Sequence record: SRR2962707_4308
Length of the DNA stretch: 38,482 bases
Strand: one strand, 5' to 3'
Made by a program: the position numbers and the translations under genes. Positions within the stretch are counted from its first letter, which is position 1; each line of letters opens with the position of its first letter. Below are positions 7,742 through 15,815 of the stretch, in pieces. The notes beneath the pieces are model-generated. The model searched no databases, had not been told where the DNA came from, and saw only the letters and a program-made list of their open reading frames with translations.

Positions 7742-7762
7742 TGCAACTAGAATTTAGTTGCA
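7742..7762. promoter_or_regulatory. Putative HicB autoregulatory operator
   Basis: Perfect inverted repeat TGCAACTA-N5-TAGTTGCA in the 55-bp cI/hicA gap. Confidence 0.7.
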
Positions 7763-7772
7763 AGCTTGTAAC

Positions 7773-8516
7773 TCATCGCAATACTGACCACCAAAAGACT
7801 CTTCCGATCAATCGCACATTGGCCGCCATCTCTTCAGCAGTCACTTCTTCAACTGGATGTTCACTCGCATTCTGGCTCACGATCTTGATGCCACCACCTG
7901 GTCGACGGTGCAGATACTTCACCCGAAGCATGCCACCATGGTCGATCGCGTAGATCTCGCCATCCTTAATGGTCTTATCGGCAGTGTTCACACCGACACA
8001 AGTACCATCCGGCATGACCGGTTCCATGGAGTTACCACGAACAAAGGCGCAGGCGGCGGCTTCAGCTGGCACACCGGCCCGGCTCAATGTGGACTTTGCG
8101 AAACGTAATTTGGCGCCGTGATTCTCTATAACCTGAGTAGCGCCACCTCCTGCCGCCAGCTCGACTTCCCTGAATAGAGGCAACTCTACTTCATCCTCAT
8201 CCAATGGCGTGTTGCTGTCCCAGGCATCCATGTGGCCGAAAAACTCTAATTCGTCTTCGACTACCTCGTTGCCGACAAGGTACTCAGCATAAGCCTGATA
8301 GGGCGATTTACTCCCTTCCCCAGAGATCATCCAGCCCAAGTCAGTTTTCAAATATGCAGCGAGCGCCTCAAGTTGCTCCAGAGACGGCTCTCGCCGGCCA
8401 CTCAGATAATGACCAACAGCGCCCCTTGTCCCAACACCAAGAGGCTCTTTGAGATCTTCCTGAGTCACCTTTCTTTCCCGCATAAGGGCGCGGACCCGAT
8501 CAAACCATTTTTCCAT
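7773..8516 (-). CDS. cI: CI-like repressor (HTH plus S24 autopeptidase)
   Basis: Start MEKWFDR at 8516; HTH; AAGGG cleavage region; VRGNSMEP Ser and RVK Lys. Confidence 0.95.
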   Translation of the reverse strand: MEKWFDRVRALMRERKVTQEDLKEPLGVGTRGAVGHYLSGRREPSLEQLEALAAYLKTDLGWMISGEGSKSPYQAYAEYLVGNEVVEDELEFFGHMDAWDSNTPLDEDEVELPLFREVELAAGGGATQVIENHGAKLRFAKSTLSRAGVPAEAAACAFVRGNSMEPVMPDGTCVGVNTADKTIKDGEIYAIDHGGMLRVKYLHRRPGGGIKIVSQNASEHPVEEVTAEEMAANVRLIGRVFWWSVLR

Positions 8517-8523
8517 GTTCTGA

Positions 8524-8610
8524 ATGGTACGCAATGTATCCAATCCGGCAAGGACACTTTTTGTATCCAAATCAGCTTGACTCGATACAGATGTATACAT
8601 ATCGTATCCC
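8524..8610. promoter_or_regulatory. OR operators with divergent pR and pRM
   Basis: pR TTGACT(8577)-N17-TATCGT; pRM (minus) TTGCCG-N16-TACCAT; sites GTAC/ACAC/ATAC-N5-GTAT at 8527, 8554 and 8595. Confidence 0.75.
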
Positions 8611-8612
8611 TC

Positions 8613-8852
8613 ATGAACATACAGACCTTCATCCAGCAAGTGGGGCCGGAAGTTGCAGCCAAGACGCTTGGCGTTTCTGTCTCCGCAATCAAGCACTACC
8701 GGAACGGTATCCGGCGGATCGCCCCTGCAAACGTTATTTCCGTCTGTGCATCGACCGGATGGAGAGTTACGCCGCATGAAGCGAGGCCGGACATCTACCC
8801 GAACCCTAGTGACGGACTCCCGGCGGATAAGCGCACCGGAGAGGCCGCCTGA
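8613..8852 (+). CDS. cro: Cro-like (YdaS-type) repressor
   Basis: 79 aa, divergent from cI; HTH; VTPHEARPDIY motif. Confidence 0.9.
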   Translation: MNIQTFIQQVGPEVAAKTLGVSVSAIKHYRNGIRRIAPANVISVCASTGWRVTPHEARPDIYPNPSDGLPADKRTGEAA

Positions 8853-8939
8853 TGGTTTGCATTAAACCACTCACGAGCTGGCGGAATACCCGCCTGACTA
8901 TTAGTGGTTATTCATACAGGTATTTATGAGGAAGGATCG

Positions 8940-9230
8940 ATGGCCGCAATGACAAAAGACGTGAACACGAAAATGGCAGCGCCGACGCCCGGAGAGAGCC
9001 TTTCCGCTGCTGTCATGGTTTCGGTCCTGGGCGTGGGCAACGTTGGAGTGAAAACAAAGTTACAGGTTATGTGGCCCTACTACGAGTTGGACGACGCTCT
9101 TGTAGCCAAAGAGGCCGCCCAGCTGCTCATAGATGCCCATATTGCTGCGCTAAAAGCACTGCCTCCTCAGCATCTTGAGCAGATTTGGAAAGATCGAGAC
9201 GAACGCCTGTTTTCTGTTTGTGCTCCTTAA
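8940..9230 (+). CDS. Hypothetical protein downstream of cro
   Basis: GAGGAAGGA SD before ATG 8940; 3' end overlaps a convergent gene. Confidence 0.5.
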   Translation: MAAMTKDVNTKMAAPTPGESLSAAVMVSVLGVGNVGVKTKLQVMWPYYELDDALVAKEAAQLLIDAHIAALKALPPQHLEQIWKDRDERLFSVCAP

Positions 9231-9357
9231 CGACGCAATAGTAGAAGCCGTCGCCAGGCTCGATCACGTCACCAATTTTGACCGGAAATTCTGACTCGTG
9301 ATGCCTCTCGCAGGCATCGTCCATATCGGACAGATAGTGGAGGCGGTACTTGAACAT
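9127..9357 (-). CDS. Small hypothetical protein (antisense accessory gene)
   Basis: GGGAG SD; globular-looking 76 aa. Confidence 0.65.
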   Translation of the reverse strand: MFKYRLHYLSDMDDACERHHESEFPVKIGDVIEPGDGFYYCVVKEHKQKTGVRLDLSKSAQDAEEAVLLAQQYGHL

Positions 9358-9688
9358 AGTTTCTCCCTGAAAGAACTGAGGCTCAGGGAAAAGGATACAC
9401 CAGATAAAGATTGATGCAGGCGCGAGCTGCAGCTCTATCAGAAGCAGCCGGTAACAGTCGCTGGCCAGGCGTAAGCCGAGGTGCCGACATTGCAGGTGGA
9501 GATAGGGACCACCGATAGAACGCCAGCAGCGTGGGCCAAAGGACCGTCACGACCTCCGCCCCCGGTGACCACGCTGACAGCCCGGAAAGACGGGCCGTAT
9601 CCGGGAGGACCTCACTCCCACGAGCCGGGTGGCTTGGTAGATCTCCCTGGGCGTGTGAGTCAGGTAGAGCCCCCTCGGATGCGGCAGA

Positions 9689-9853
9689 TCATTTGGCCTC
9701 GTCTTTACCGGGGTTACTCACTGCCTCGTAGATGGAGCGGAATGCGTCAGTAATGTACTCGATCTTGTGGTGATGAACGCTACCACTTTTCGAAAGATGA
9801 GCGATGAGAATGTCGGCGGCAATACGTTCGAAGGATTCTTTTTTGTCGGACAT
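9689..9853 (-). CDS. Small hypothetical protein (antisense accessory gene, 54 aa)
   Basis: MSDKKESFERIAADILIAHL... with GGAG SD. Confidence 0.55.
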   Translation of the reverse strand: MSDKKESFERIAADILIAHLSKSGSVHHHKIEYITDAFRSIYEAVSNPGKDEAK

Positions 9854-10051
9854 AGAGGTCTCCATTTCCTTTGGATTGATGAGTGAAAAGAGTAGCAGAT
9901 AACCCCGAATTGTTAAGGAGTCTCGGAGAATGGAGCGCATGTGACGCCGGCGGCCCGGATCGACAATAGAGGTGGGCTCGATTGTAAGAGTGTCCCGAGT
10001 CGCCATAAGAAAACGTGACCCGTCACAAAAAAACCGGACAGCGGAGCAGTC

Positions 10052-10465
10052 ATGCCGGAGAAGTTTCAGATCACCTTACCCTGGCCGCCGAAGGCGCTCA
10101 GTCCGAATAGCCGCGGCCACTGGTCGAAGAGGGCCAGAGCCGCAGAGCTCTATCGGTACACCTGCAAGATGGAATCGTTAGCAGTCATCCGGGAAGGCAA
10201 GGGGGACCTGCAACCTCTGCGTGATCTGGTCGCCGCTGGCGGTGAAATTCATGTGTTCCTCGACTTCTGCCCGCCTAATCGCCGACAACGTGACGACGAC
10301 AATTTGGTTGCCGCGTTCAAGTCCGGCCGTGATGGGCTGGCGGATGCTCTGGGAATCGACGATTGCCACTTTCGGACACACCCATTCCTGAAGCGCGACG
10401 AAATCGTTAAGCCGTTGGGCGAAGTGCGGGTGGTGATTACGGGGAAAGCGAAAAGTGAGGAATAG
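10052..10465 (+). CDS. rusA: RusA-like Holliday junction resolvase
   Basis: LPWPP...LSPN; PPNRRQRDDDNL...K...DGLADALGIDD. Confidence 0.85.
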   Translation: MPEKFQITLPWPPKALSPNSRGHWSKRARAAELYRYTCKMESLAVIREGKGDLQPLRDLVAAGGEIHVFLDFCPPNRRQRDDDNLVAAFKSGRDGLADALGIDDCHFRTHPFLKRDEIVKPLGEVRVVITGKAKSEE

Positions 10466-10622
10466 CCACTTCCTAATTTTTCCGACGCCGTAAGCAAATC
10501 GTTGCTTGGTTTTCTGAGTCTTCGCACATGGGGGTGTCTGTTACTCAGTAGCCAGCATCGGAAAAAACTACCCGGCTTAAACGGTGCTGGTAACACCTGG
10601 CCGGGTTAATCGATGAAACGGA

Positions 10623-11369
10623 GTGATTATGACTGAATTAGCAACTGCCAGCAACGAACAGCAGACCATGAGTAGCAAGGAGATTGCCGAGCTTGTGGAA
10701 GCCAGGCACAACGATGTGCTTGTGACGATTCGCCGACTATTTGATAAGGGCCTTTTACGATCATCTCGTAAAACCCATCGGATTCAAACCGGTGGGAGGC
10801 CGATAGATGTTTATCAGCTCACCGAGCGCGACACCCATTTAGTCGTTGCTGGATACAGCGATGAGCACCGAGCGCGGGTTATTGATCGGTGGCAGGAACT
10901 GGAAGCGAAAGCCGCCCTCCCCTCCTGGGCTCAAAACCTTAGCCAGGCCGCCCGGATCGCCCTCGAAGACCTCGGTACCCAGCTGGAGCACTTCAAAGAC
11001 GAAACCGATCGCCTGAACGCCGTATGCAACGATCTGGCCGCGAATCTGAAGGCTGGGCTCACGCCGGTTGAGTTCTGTCGGATGCTCAACGGCGTCAACC
11101 TGAATCGGGTTCAGCCCCTCCTGGTTGAGCGCAAGCGGCTCCTGAAGACCCAGCACGGGTATCGGAGCGCCGCTGCATACCGCGACAAGCTTTTCACCGA
11201 ACGCCGCTACCTGAACCGAGATGGCCGAACCTGCGAGAAGGTCGTGCTCACCCAGAAGGGCGCCAAGTGGCTCTATTCCCAGTACGAACAGGGCCAGCTC
11301 GAAATGCGCAGGGACTGGGATGGCAGATACACACACATGCTTTTCGATAACGAGGAAAAGTCCGCATGA
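10623..11369 (+). CDS. Rha-family regulator/antirepressor with C-terminal ANT-like domain
   Basis: MSSKEIAELVEARHNDV...RARVIDRWQELE; VVLTQKGAKWL. Confidence 0.85.
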   Translation: MIMTELATASNEQQTMSSKEIAELVEARHNDVLVTIRRLFDKGLLRSSRKTHRIQTGGRPIDVYQLTERDTHLVVAGYSDEHRARVIDRWQELEAKAALPSWAQNLSQAARIALEDLGTQLEHFKDETDRLNAVCNDLAANLKAGLTPVEFCRMLNGVNLNRVQPLLVERKRLLKTQHGYRSAAAYRDKLFTERRYLNRDGRTCEKVVLTQKGAKWLYSQYEQGQLEMRRDWDGRYTHMLFDNEEKSA

Positions 11370-12367
11370 GCATCATCAACTTGATGGCGCGCCCTATCGC
11401 CTTCAACCGCGTCTTTGTTGATCTGGGCCTTGGCATGTGCGGTGCCATGATGTTGTCCCAGGCGCTTTACTGGCGCGCCAGAACGAGAGATCCGGAGGGC
11501 TGGTTCTACAAGTCCCAGACTGAGTGGCAAGCCGAAACCGGTATGACAAGGCGTGAGCAGGAGACTGCCCGCCGCCGATTGACCAAGGCCGGATTCCTTA
11601 AGGAACAGCGCAAGGGTGTTCCTGCCCGACTGTACTTCCGCGTGGACATCGATGCGTTGGAGACTGCGCTGGAAGAGCTTTCATCCAGTTTGGCGGAAAA
11701 CGCCAATCAAGAATGTATCGATAATGAAAACAACAGTTTGGCGGATTCCGCCAACCAAGATTGTACGGACGGTGCAACCAGTATGGCGGAAAGCGCCAAT
11801 CAAGAATGCGCAGAAGCGCCAGACAGTGATGGCGGAAAGCGCCAATCTATTACAGAGATTACTTCAGAGACTACAGCAGAGACTACGGCAGAAGGATTGT
11901 CCGGGCCTGATCGGCCGGACGCCTCCCGGTCCACTTCCGATGACAGTGCTACCGAACCAGACCGCCCTGACGCAGCTATCCAGAGCGGCCGGTACTGGGG
12001 AACTCAAGACGATCTCAACTTGGCGACGTGGATGTGGGAGCAGCTGGCGGAGCAGCTGGGCCAGGACAAGCCCCGAGAGCCAAACCTTGCGCGCTGGGCG
12101 AATACCATCCGGCTGATGCGACAGCAGGATTGCCGGGAGCTGGTGCACATTCGGGCGCTATTCAACTGGTGCCGGCAGCATGGCTTCTGGTCTGCCAATG
12201 TTCAGTGCCCCGACAAGCTTCGCGAGAAATGGTCTCAGCTTGCGGCTCAACGCAAGGCGGAGCGCCGAAAATCCCCGGAGCAGGCCGGGCTTGATCGAGC
12301 GGCAGAACTTCGACGGATCCACGAACAGCGCGCTGGCAACCAACAGGGGGCAATCTATGAACACTAA
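11366..12367 (+). CDS. Replication initiator (lambda O-like)
   Basis: N-terminal wHTH (GWFYKSQTEWQAETGMTRREQETARRRL); internal iterons; C-terminal FWSANVQCPDKLREKW. Confidence 0.88.
   Translation: MSIINLMARPIAFNRVFVDLGLGMCGAMMLSQALYWRARTRDPEGWFYKSQTEWQAETGMTRREQETARRRLTKAGFLKEQRKGVPARLYFRVDIDALETALEELSSSLAENANQECIDNENNSLADSANQDCTDGATSMAESANQECAEAPDSDGGKRQSITEITSETTAETTAEGLSGPDRPDASRSTSDDSATEPDRPDAAIQSGRYWGTQDDLNLATWMWEQLAEQLGQDKPREPNLARWANTIRLMRQQDCRELVHIRALFNWCRQHGFWSANVQCPDKLREKWSQLAAQRKAERRKSPEQAGLDRAAELRRIHEQRAGNQQGAIYEH
11686..11891 (+). repeat. Replication origin: four iterons plus 12-bp tandem repeats
   Basis: CAGT(T/A)TGGCGGAAA(A/G)CGCCAATCAAGAATG-like units at 11686, 11734, 11779 and 11824; CAGAGA(T/C)TAC repeats at 11851-11891. 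Confidence 0.85.
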
Positions 12368-13031
12368 CGAACTGGAAGCCTTTGGCGATATGTGGGCCCA
12401 GGCTCATGAGATCTACGGTAAAAGCCCGGAGCCGAGAGTAGTTTACATGGTGTTTCAGTCCCTGATCGGTTTCTCGCTGGCGGACATTGAGCGCGCCCTG
12501 TCCCGACACATTACCAACCCGGACACTGGCCAGTTCCCGCCAAAGCCAGCGGATATCGTTCGACTGCTCCAGGGCAGTAGCCATTCCGCCAGCGGTGAGG
12601 CATGGGCAAAGGTCGATCACGCGATCCGCTGCGTGGGCAACTACCGCTCAGTGGTTTTTGACGATCCCAAGATTCACGCGGCCATCGAACGCCTGGGCGG
12701 CTGGCTGAAGGTCAGCATGACTGACGACAAGGAATACCCGTTCCTCCGGAGCAACTTCCAGAAGCTCTACCAGGGCTTCACGGTACAACCGCCGGAGTCG
12801 TTCCCTCGAAAGCTGGTCGGTACATGTGAGCACGAGAACAGCCAGCACAGCGGATTCAGGCGCGGGCGCGCACAGGATGAACCGGTAATGATTGGCAATG
12901 CGGAAAAGGCACGGCTGGTGTACCAGGGTGGCGGCGACCTCGGCATTACTCATATCCACCAGCGCGGTACCCAGGAGTACCTGGAAAGCGCCATCGACAG
13001 CGGAGTTAAGAAACTCGGAGGCCTGCATTGA
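12357..13031 (+). CDS. DUF6475-like replication-associated protein
   Basis: Start MNTNE; GQFPPKPADIV...AWAKV...SVVFDDPKIHAAIERLGGW. Confidence 0.75.
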   Translation: MNTNELEAFGDMWAQAHEIYGKSPEPRVVYMVFQSLIGFSLADIERALSRHITNPDTGQFPPKPADIVRLLQGSSHSASGEAWAKVDHAIRCVGNYRSVVFDDPKIHAAIERLGGWLKVSMTDDKEYPFLRSNFQKLYQGFTVQPPESFPRKLVGTCEHENSQHSGFRRGRAQDEPVMIGNAEKARLVYQGGGDLGITHIHQRGTQEYLESAIDSGVKKLGGLH

Positions 13032-13348
13032 AGGAAGTAACGAAAAAGGCCGGCCCAGCCTTCAATCAGGAGAAGCGACCGCTTAAGCCCTGCCCTCATT
13101 GTCATGGAGCGGGATTAGTGCAGTCGATGTTCTACCAGCTGCGATGCGACAACTGCGAGGCGTCCGGTGTTGTGTGCAAAGAGACCGGTGAAAGCCTGGC
13201 AATGGATGATCTGGTGATTCAGCTGCGGATCCGTCTGAACGATCGAAGCCAGCAGATCAGATCACTGCGCAAGCAGCTGGCGGAGCTTAGAAGCGGGGAA
13301 AGCGGCCGGGGTTATGGCGCTGGCGGATCACGCTACCACGGTGACTGA
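13028..13348 (+). CDS. Zn-finger (CxxCxGxG) phage protein
   Basis: CPHCHGAG and CDNCEASG. Confidence 0.7.
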   Translation: MKEVTKKAGPAFNQEKRPLKPCPHCHGAGLVQSMFYQLRCDNCEASGVVCKETGESLAMDDLVIQLRIRLNDRSQQIRSLRKQLAELRSGESGRGYGAGGSRYHGD

Positions 13349-13349
13349 C

Positions 13350-13682
13350 ATGCTGAAGAAACCGACCCCTATTCGATCAAACCACATTCGAAACGCTGCT
13401 CGGGGACAAGCCTGCACCCTGCAGATCGTTGGCGTGTGTAACGGAGACTGGTCGACAACCGTACTGGCTCACCTTCCTGACGAAAGCCACGGCATTGCCA
13501 GGAAAGCGGACGATCTGAGCGCCTGCTTCGCGTGTGACGCCTGTCATTCAATCATCGATGGACGGATGAAGTGGCCACCCATGGAACGCGAGCACAAAGA
13601 CTGGTACCTGCGCCGGGCACAGATGCGCACCTGGCGGGAATTGTTCGGTATGGGCGTGATTACGATCAAGGGGGCGGCATGA
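13350..13682 (+). CDS. DUF1364/YbcO-like nuclease-domain protein
   Basis: AARGQACTLQIVGVC...TVLAH...FACDACHSIIDGR. Confidence 0.8.
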   Translation: MLKKPTPIRSNHIRNAARGQACTLQIVGVCNGDWSTTVLAHLPDESHGIARKADDLSACFACDACHSIIDGRMKWPPMEREHKDWYLRRAQMRTWRELFGMGVITIKGAA

Positions 13683-13870
13683 CGCCAGAACAGCATAAGG
13701 CCGAATGCCTGGAACGCTGGGAGGCGCTGAAAGCTGAAGCTCTGACCAAGTGGGGCCTGTTCCGGCGAAAGCGGATCAGTCGGGGGCAACTGGAGCAATG
13801 GCTGAAACAGCAGTCAGAAATGGACGAAAGAACAATACGGGCGATGTTCAACGGGATGCGGAGTAGGTAA
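13679..13870 (+). CDS. Hypothetical phage protein
   Basis: MTPEQHKAECLERW; coupled overlaps on both sides. Confidence 0.65.
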   Translation: MTPEQHKAECLERWEALKAEALTKWGLFRRKRISRGQLEQWLKQQSEMDERTIRAMFNGMRSR

Positions 13871-14382
13871 TGGCAGAACAGAATCGGAGAACAGCAGAGC
13901 AGAGACGAGCCCGGGAGGCTGCCCAGAGGGAGGTGGACCGGTTTATTGCATACCTGCAGGGGTTAGATACCATCGACCAGATCGCGCACCAGGGCCGCAG
14001 CATTATGGGCATGTGGGCCGACTTTGAAGGCAAGCCGCCATCCGGGTCTGGGTTCAGTGGGTTCTGTCTGCTGGCGGACAAGCTGGAGAAGATCCGCAGG
14101 CGAAACATGCCGGCAGAGTTTACCAGGGCTTATGAGCGCCTCAGAACAATGGCCGCCAAGTCTCACTTGTGCGTGGAGGCTCTGGTGGTTGACCGGTTTT
14201 ACCGCGGCAGAATCAAAATCGCCATTGACCCCTTTACTGAACAGCGCCACGAAATCCACTGGAACGATCCGGCCTGCGCCCAGCTGCTTGGATGTTCTGT
14301 GAAGGTGTTTCAGCGGCGCGTATCGAAGGGGTATTCGCAGCTCGAATATCGCCTTGGCTTTCGTGAGGCTGAGGCAGCCTGA
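13870..14382 (+). CDS. Probable late-gene regulator (Q-like antiterminator)
   Basis: Position before a promoter-terminator pair and lysis genes; C-terminal HTH (CAQLLGCSVKVFQRRV). Confidence 0.6.
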   Translation: MAEQNRRTAEQRRAREAAQREVDRFIAYLQGLDTIDQIAHQGRSIMGMWADFEGKPPSGSGFSGFCLLADKLEKIRRRNMPAEFTRAYERLRTMAAKSHLCVEALVVDRFYRGRIKIAIDPFTEQRHEIHWNDPACAQLLGCSVKVFQRRVSKGYSQLEYRLGFREAEAA

Positions 14383-14391
14383 CACCACATA

Positions 14392-14419
14392 TTGACATCA
14401 GGGGTCCAGTGGCTACACT
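14392..14419 (+). promoter_or_regulatory. Late promoter pR'
   Basis: TTGACA-N16-TACACT immediately after the Q-like gene. Confidence 0.7.
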
Positions 14420-14450
14420 ATTTGCTAACTGGTCGAAATGACCCCAAACG

Positions 14451-14484
14451 AAACCGCCCTCCCCTCGGAGCTGGCGGTTTTTTT
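14451..14484 (+). terminator. tR'-like terminator (possibly bidirectional)
   Basis: AAACCGCC...GGCGGTTTTTTT. Confidence 0.8.
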
Positions 14485-14499
14485 GTGGGGTTTCAGTTT

Positions 14500-15006
14500 T
14501 CAGAAGAAGTGGTAAGGGTTAATGAGCATCATGAATCGGATGTAAAGCCGCTTCCACAAGGGTGTACCCCGCCTAAAGGCCAGTTTGAACCGCCGTTGTG
14601 TCGCCGATTGGGCGTATGTGGCCATAGGTTTTGGCGCTAAGCGCATGTGTATGTCAAGCACCTGACCGTGATGCTCTAGTTTGTGATCCCCATATATGTC
14701 CACATCGTCAGGGTTGAAGCTTCCGACTTGCAGTTCAATTTCTACTGAACACATGGTCATGTCATCGAGAATGTACCCATAATCGACGATGTGCACCGGA
14801 TGATCTGAAGTGCTAATCACCGAGAACTGGTGCCCCTCATCTATCACTGGAAAAACTGACCAATACCTTACGACAAACTTATCGGTTCTCCCTTTAAGCA
14901 GAAGAGCCAAATTCACTACCCCGGTTAATGCAGCAATCACCGCCGCAGCTATACCAACTCCGTTTTCGAGAATGCCAAGTTCCATCGCTGTATTCCTAGT
15001 CTCCAA
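14500..15006 (-). CDS. Moron: single-TM membrane protein of unknown function
   Basis: Antisense to the late operon, AT-richer, N-terminal TM. Confidence 0.7.
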   Translation of the reverse strand: METRNTAMELGILENGVGIAAAVIAALTGVVNLALLLKGRTDKFVVRYWSVFPVIDEGHQFSVISTSDHPVHIVDYGYILDDMTMCSVEIELQVGSFNPDDVDIYGDHKLEHHGQVLDIHMRLAPKPMATYAQSATQRRFKLAFRRGTPLWKRLYIRFMMLINPYHFF

Positions 15007-15121
15007 TAGGTTGGTTGCAAGCTCCTGATACCTAAAGCCGAAATTAGGGGTCAGCTATACCGGTTTCTTGAGATCTTTTCCACTGCATGCGACCCGCATA
15101 GAAGCGGCATTTTTTACGCCT

Positions 15122-15544
15122 ATGAAACGTCAGCTACTCAGATCCCAACTGGAGCGCCATGAAGGCCTTCGCCTAAAGCCCTATCGCGACACAGCAGGCA
15201 AGCTAACTATCGGCTACGGCCGTAACCTTGAAGACGTTGGTGTCAGTCGAGACGAGTGCGACCTCATGCTCGATAACGATATCGACATGATCGAGGGTCA
15301 GCTAAAAACTGTTAACGAGTACCAAGCGCTAGATCCGGTTCGTCAGACCGTTTTGGTCAATATGGGCTTCAACATGGGATTTTATGGCCTGATGAAGTTT
15401 AAAAAGATGTGGTTCGCTATTGAGCGCCAAGACTGGGAAGACGCCTCATGCGAAATGCTCGATTCGAAATGGGCTCGCCAGGTTGGTTATCGCGCAAGGG
15501 AGCTCGCCAAGATCATGGAGACTGGCGAGGTAGCCGGTGAGTGA
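15122..15544 (+). CDS. Endolysin (T4-type/GH24 lysozyme)
   Basis: HEGLRLKPYRDTAGKLTIGYGRNL catalytic E-D-T; MLDSKWARQVG. Confidence 0.92.
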   Translation: MKRQLLRSQLERHEGLRLKPYRDTAGKLTIGYGRNLEDVGVSRDECDLMLDNDIDMIEGQLKTVNEYQALDPVRQTVLVNMGFNMGFYGLMKFKKMWFAIERQDWEDASCEMLDSKWARQVGYRARELAKIMETGEVAGE

Positions 15545-15815
15545 TATGGCCGACCGCAGGCAATGGCACCTGGATAAGAGCGTCAGTGTTGCCCACATCA
15601 TCACGACTGTTGCGCTGGTTGTATCGGCGCTGTGGTTCCTCGCCGGGCAAGACCGGAGAATCAGCAACCTCGAATTGAACTACGCGCACCTGAAGGCGGC
15701 CCGAGTTGAAGATCAGGAGCGGGCTGAACGAAAGTTCGACGAACTCAAGACTGACCTGCGCATGATTAATGCCAAGCTTGACCGGCTGATAGAGGGAAGC
15801 GGTGGTGTCCGCTGA
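15537..15815 (+). CDS. Single-TM coiled-coil lysis-cassette protein (holin/antiholin-like)
   Basis: WHLDKSV plus TM plus coiled coil. Confidence 0.55.
   Translation: MSDMADRRQWHLDKSVSVAHIITTVALVVSALWFLAGQDRRISNLELNYAHLKAARVEDQERAERKFDELKTDLRMINAKLDRLIEGSGGVR

Noticed and set aside
8517-8777. N-terminal extensions of cI (to 8777) and cro (from 8373) in the ORF track
   Set aside because: They would overlap the divergent gene and the operators; HTH domains begin at 8516 and 8613
8904-8919. LexA-box-like GTGGTTATTCATACAG downstream of cro
   Set aside because: Mismatch at the invariant C of CTG-N10-CAG; too weak to call
8852-8929. 25-codon ORF coupled to the cro stop
   Set aside because: Too short, no motif, overlaps a hairpin; cannot be supported
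9481-9753. Plus-strand ORFs 9481-9753 and 9531-9731
   Set aside because: Pro/Arg/Gly-rich non-protein-like composition, weak starts; better explained as structured non-coding sequence
11686-11850. Spaced repeats resembling a CRISPR array
   Set aside because: Spacers too short, repeats lie in-frame in the initiator gene, no cas genes; these are iterons
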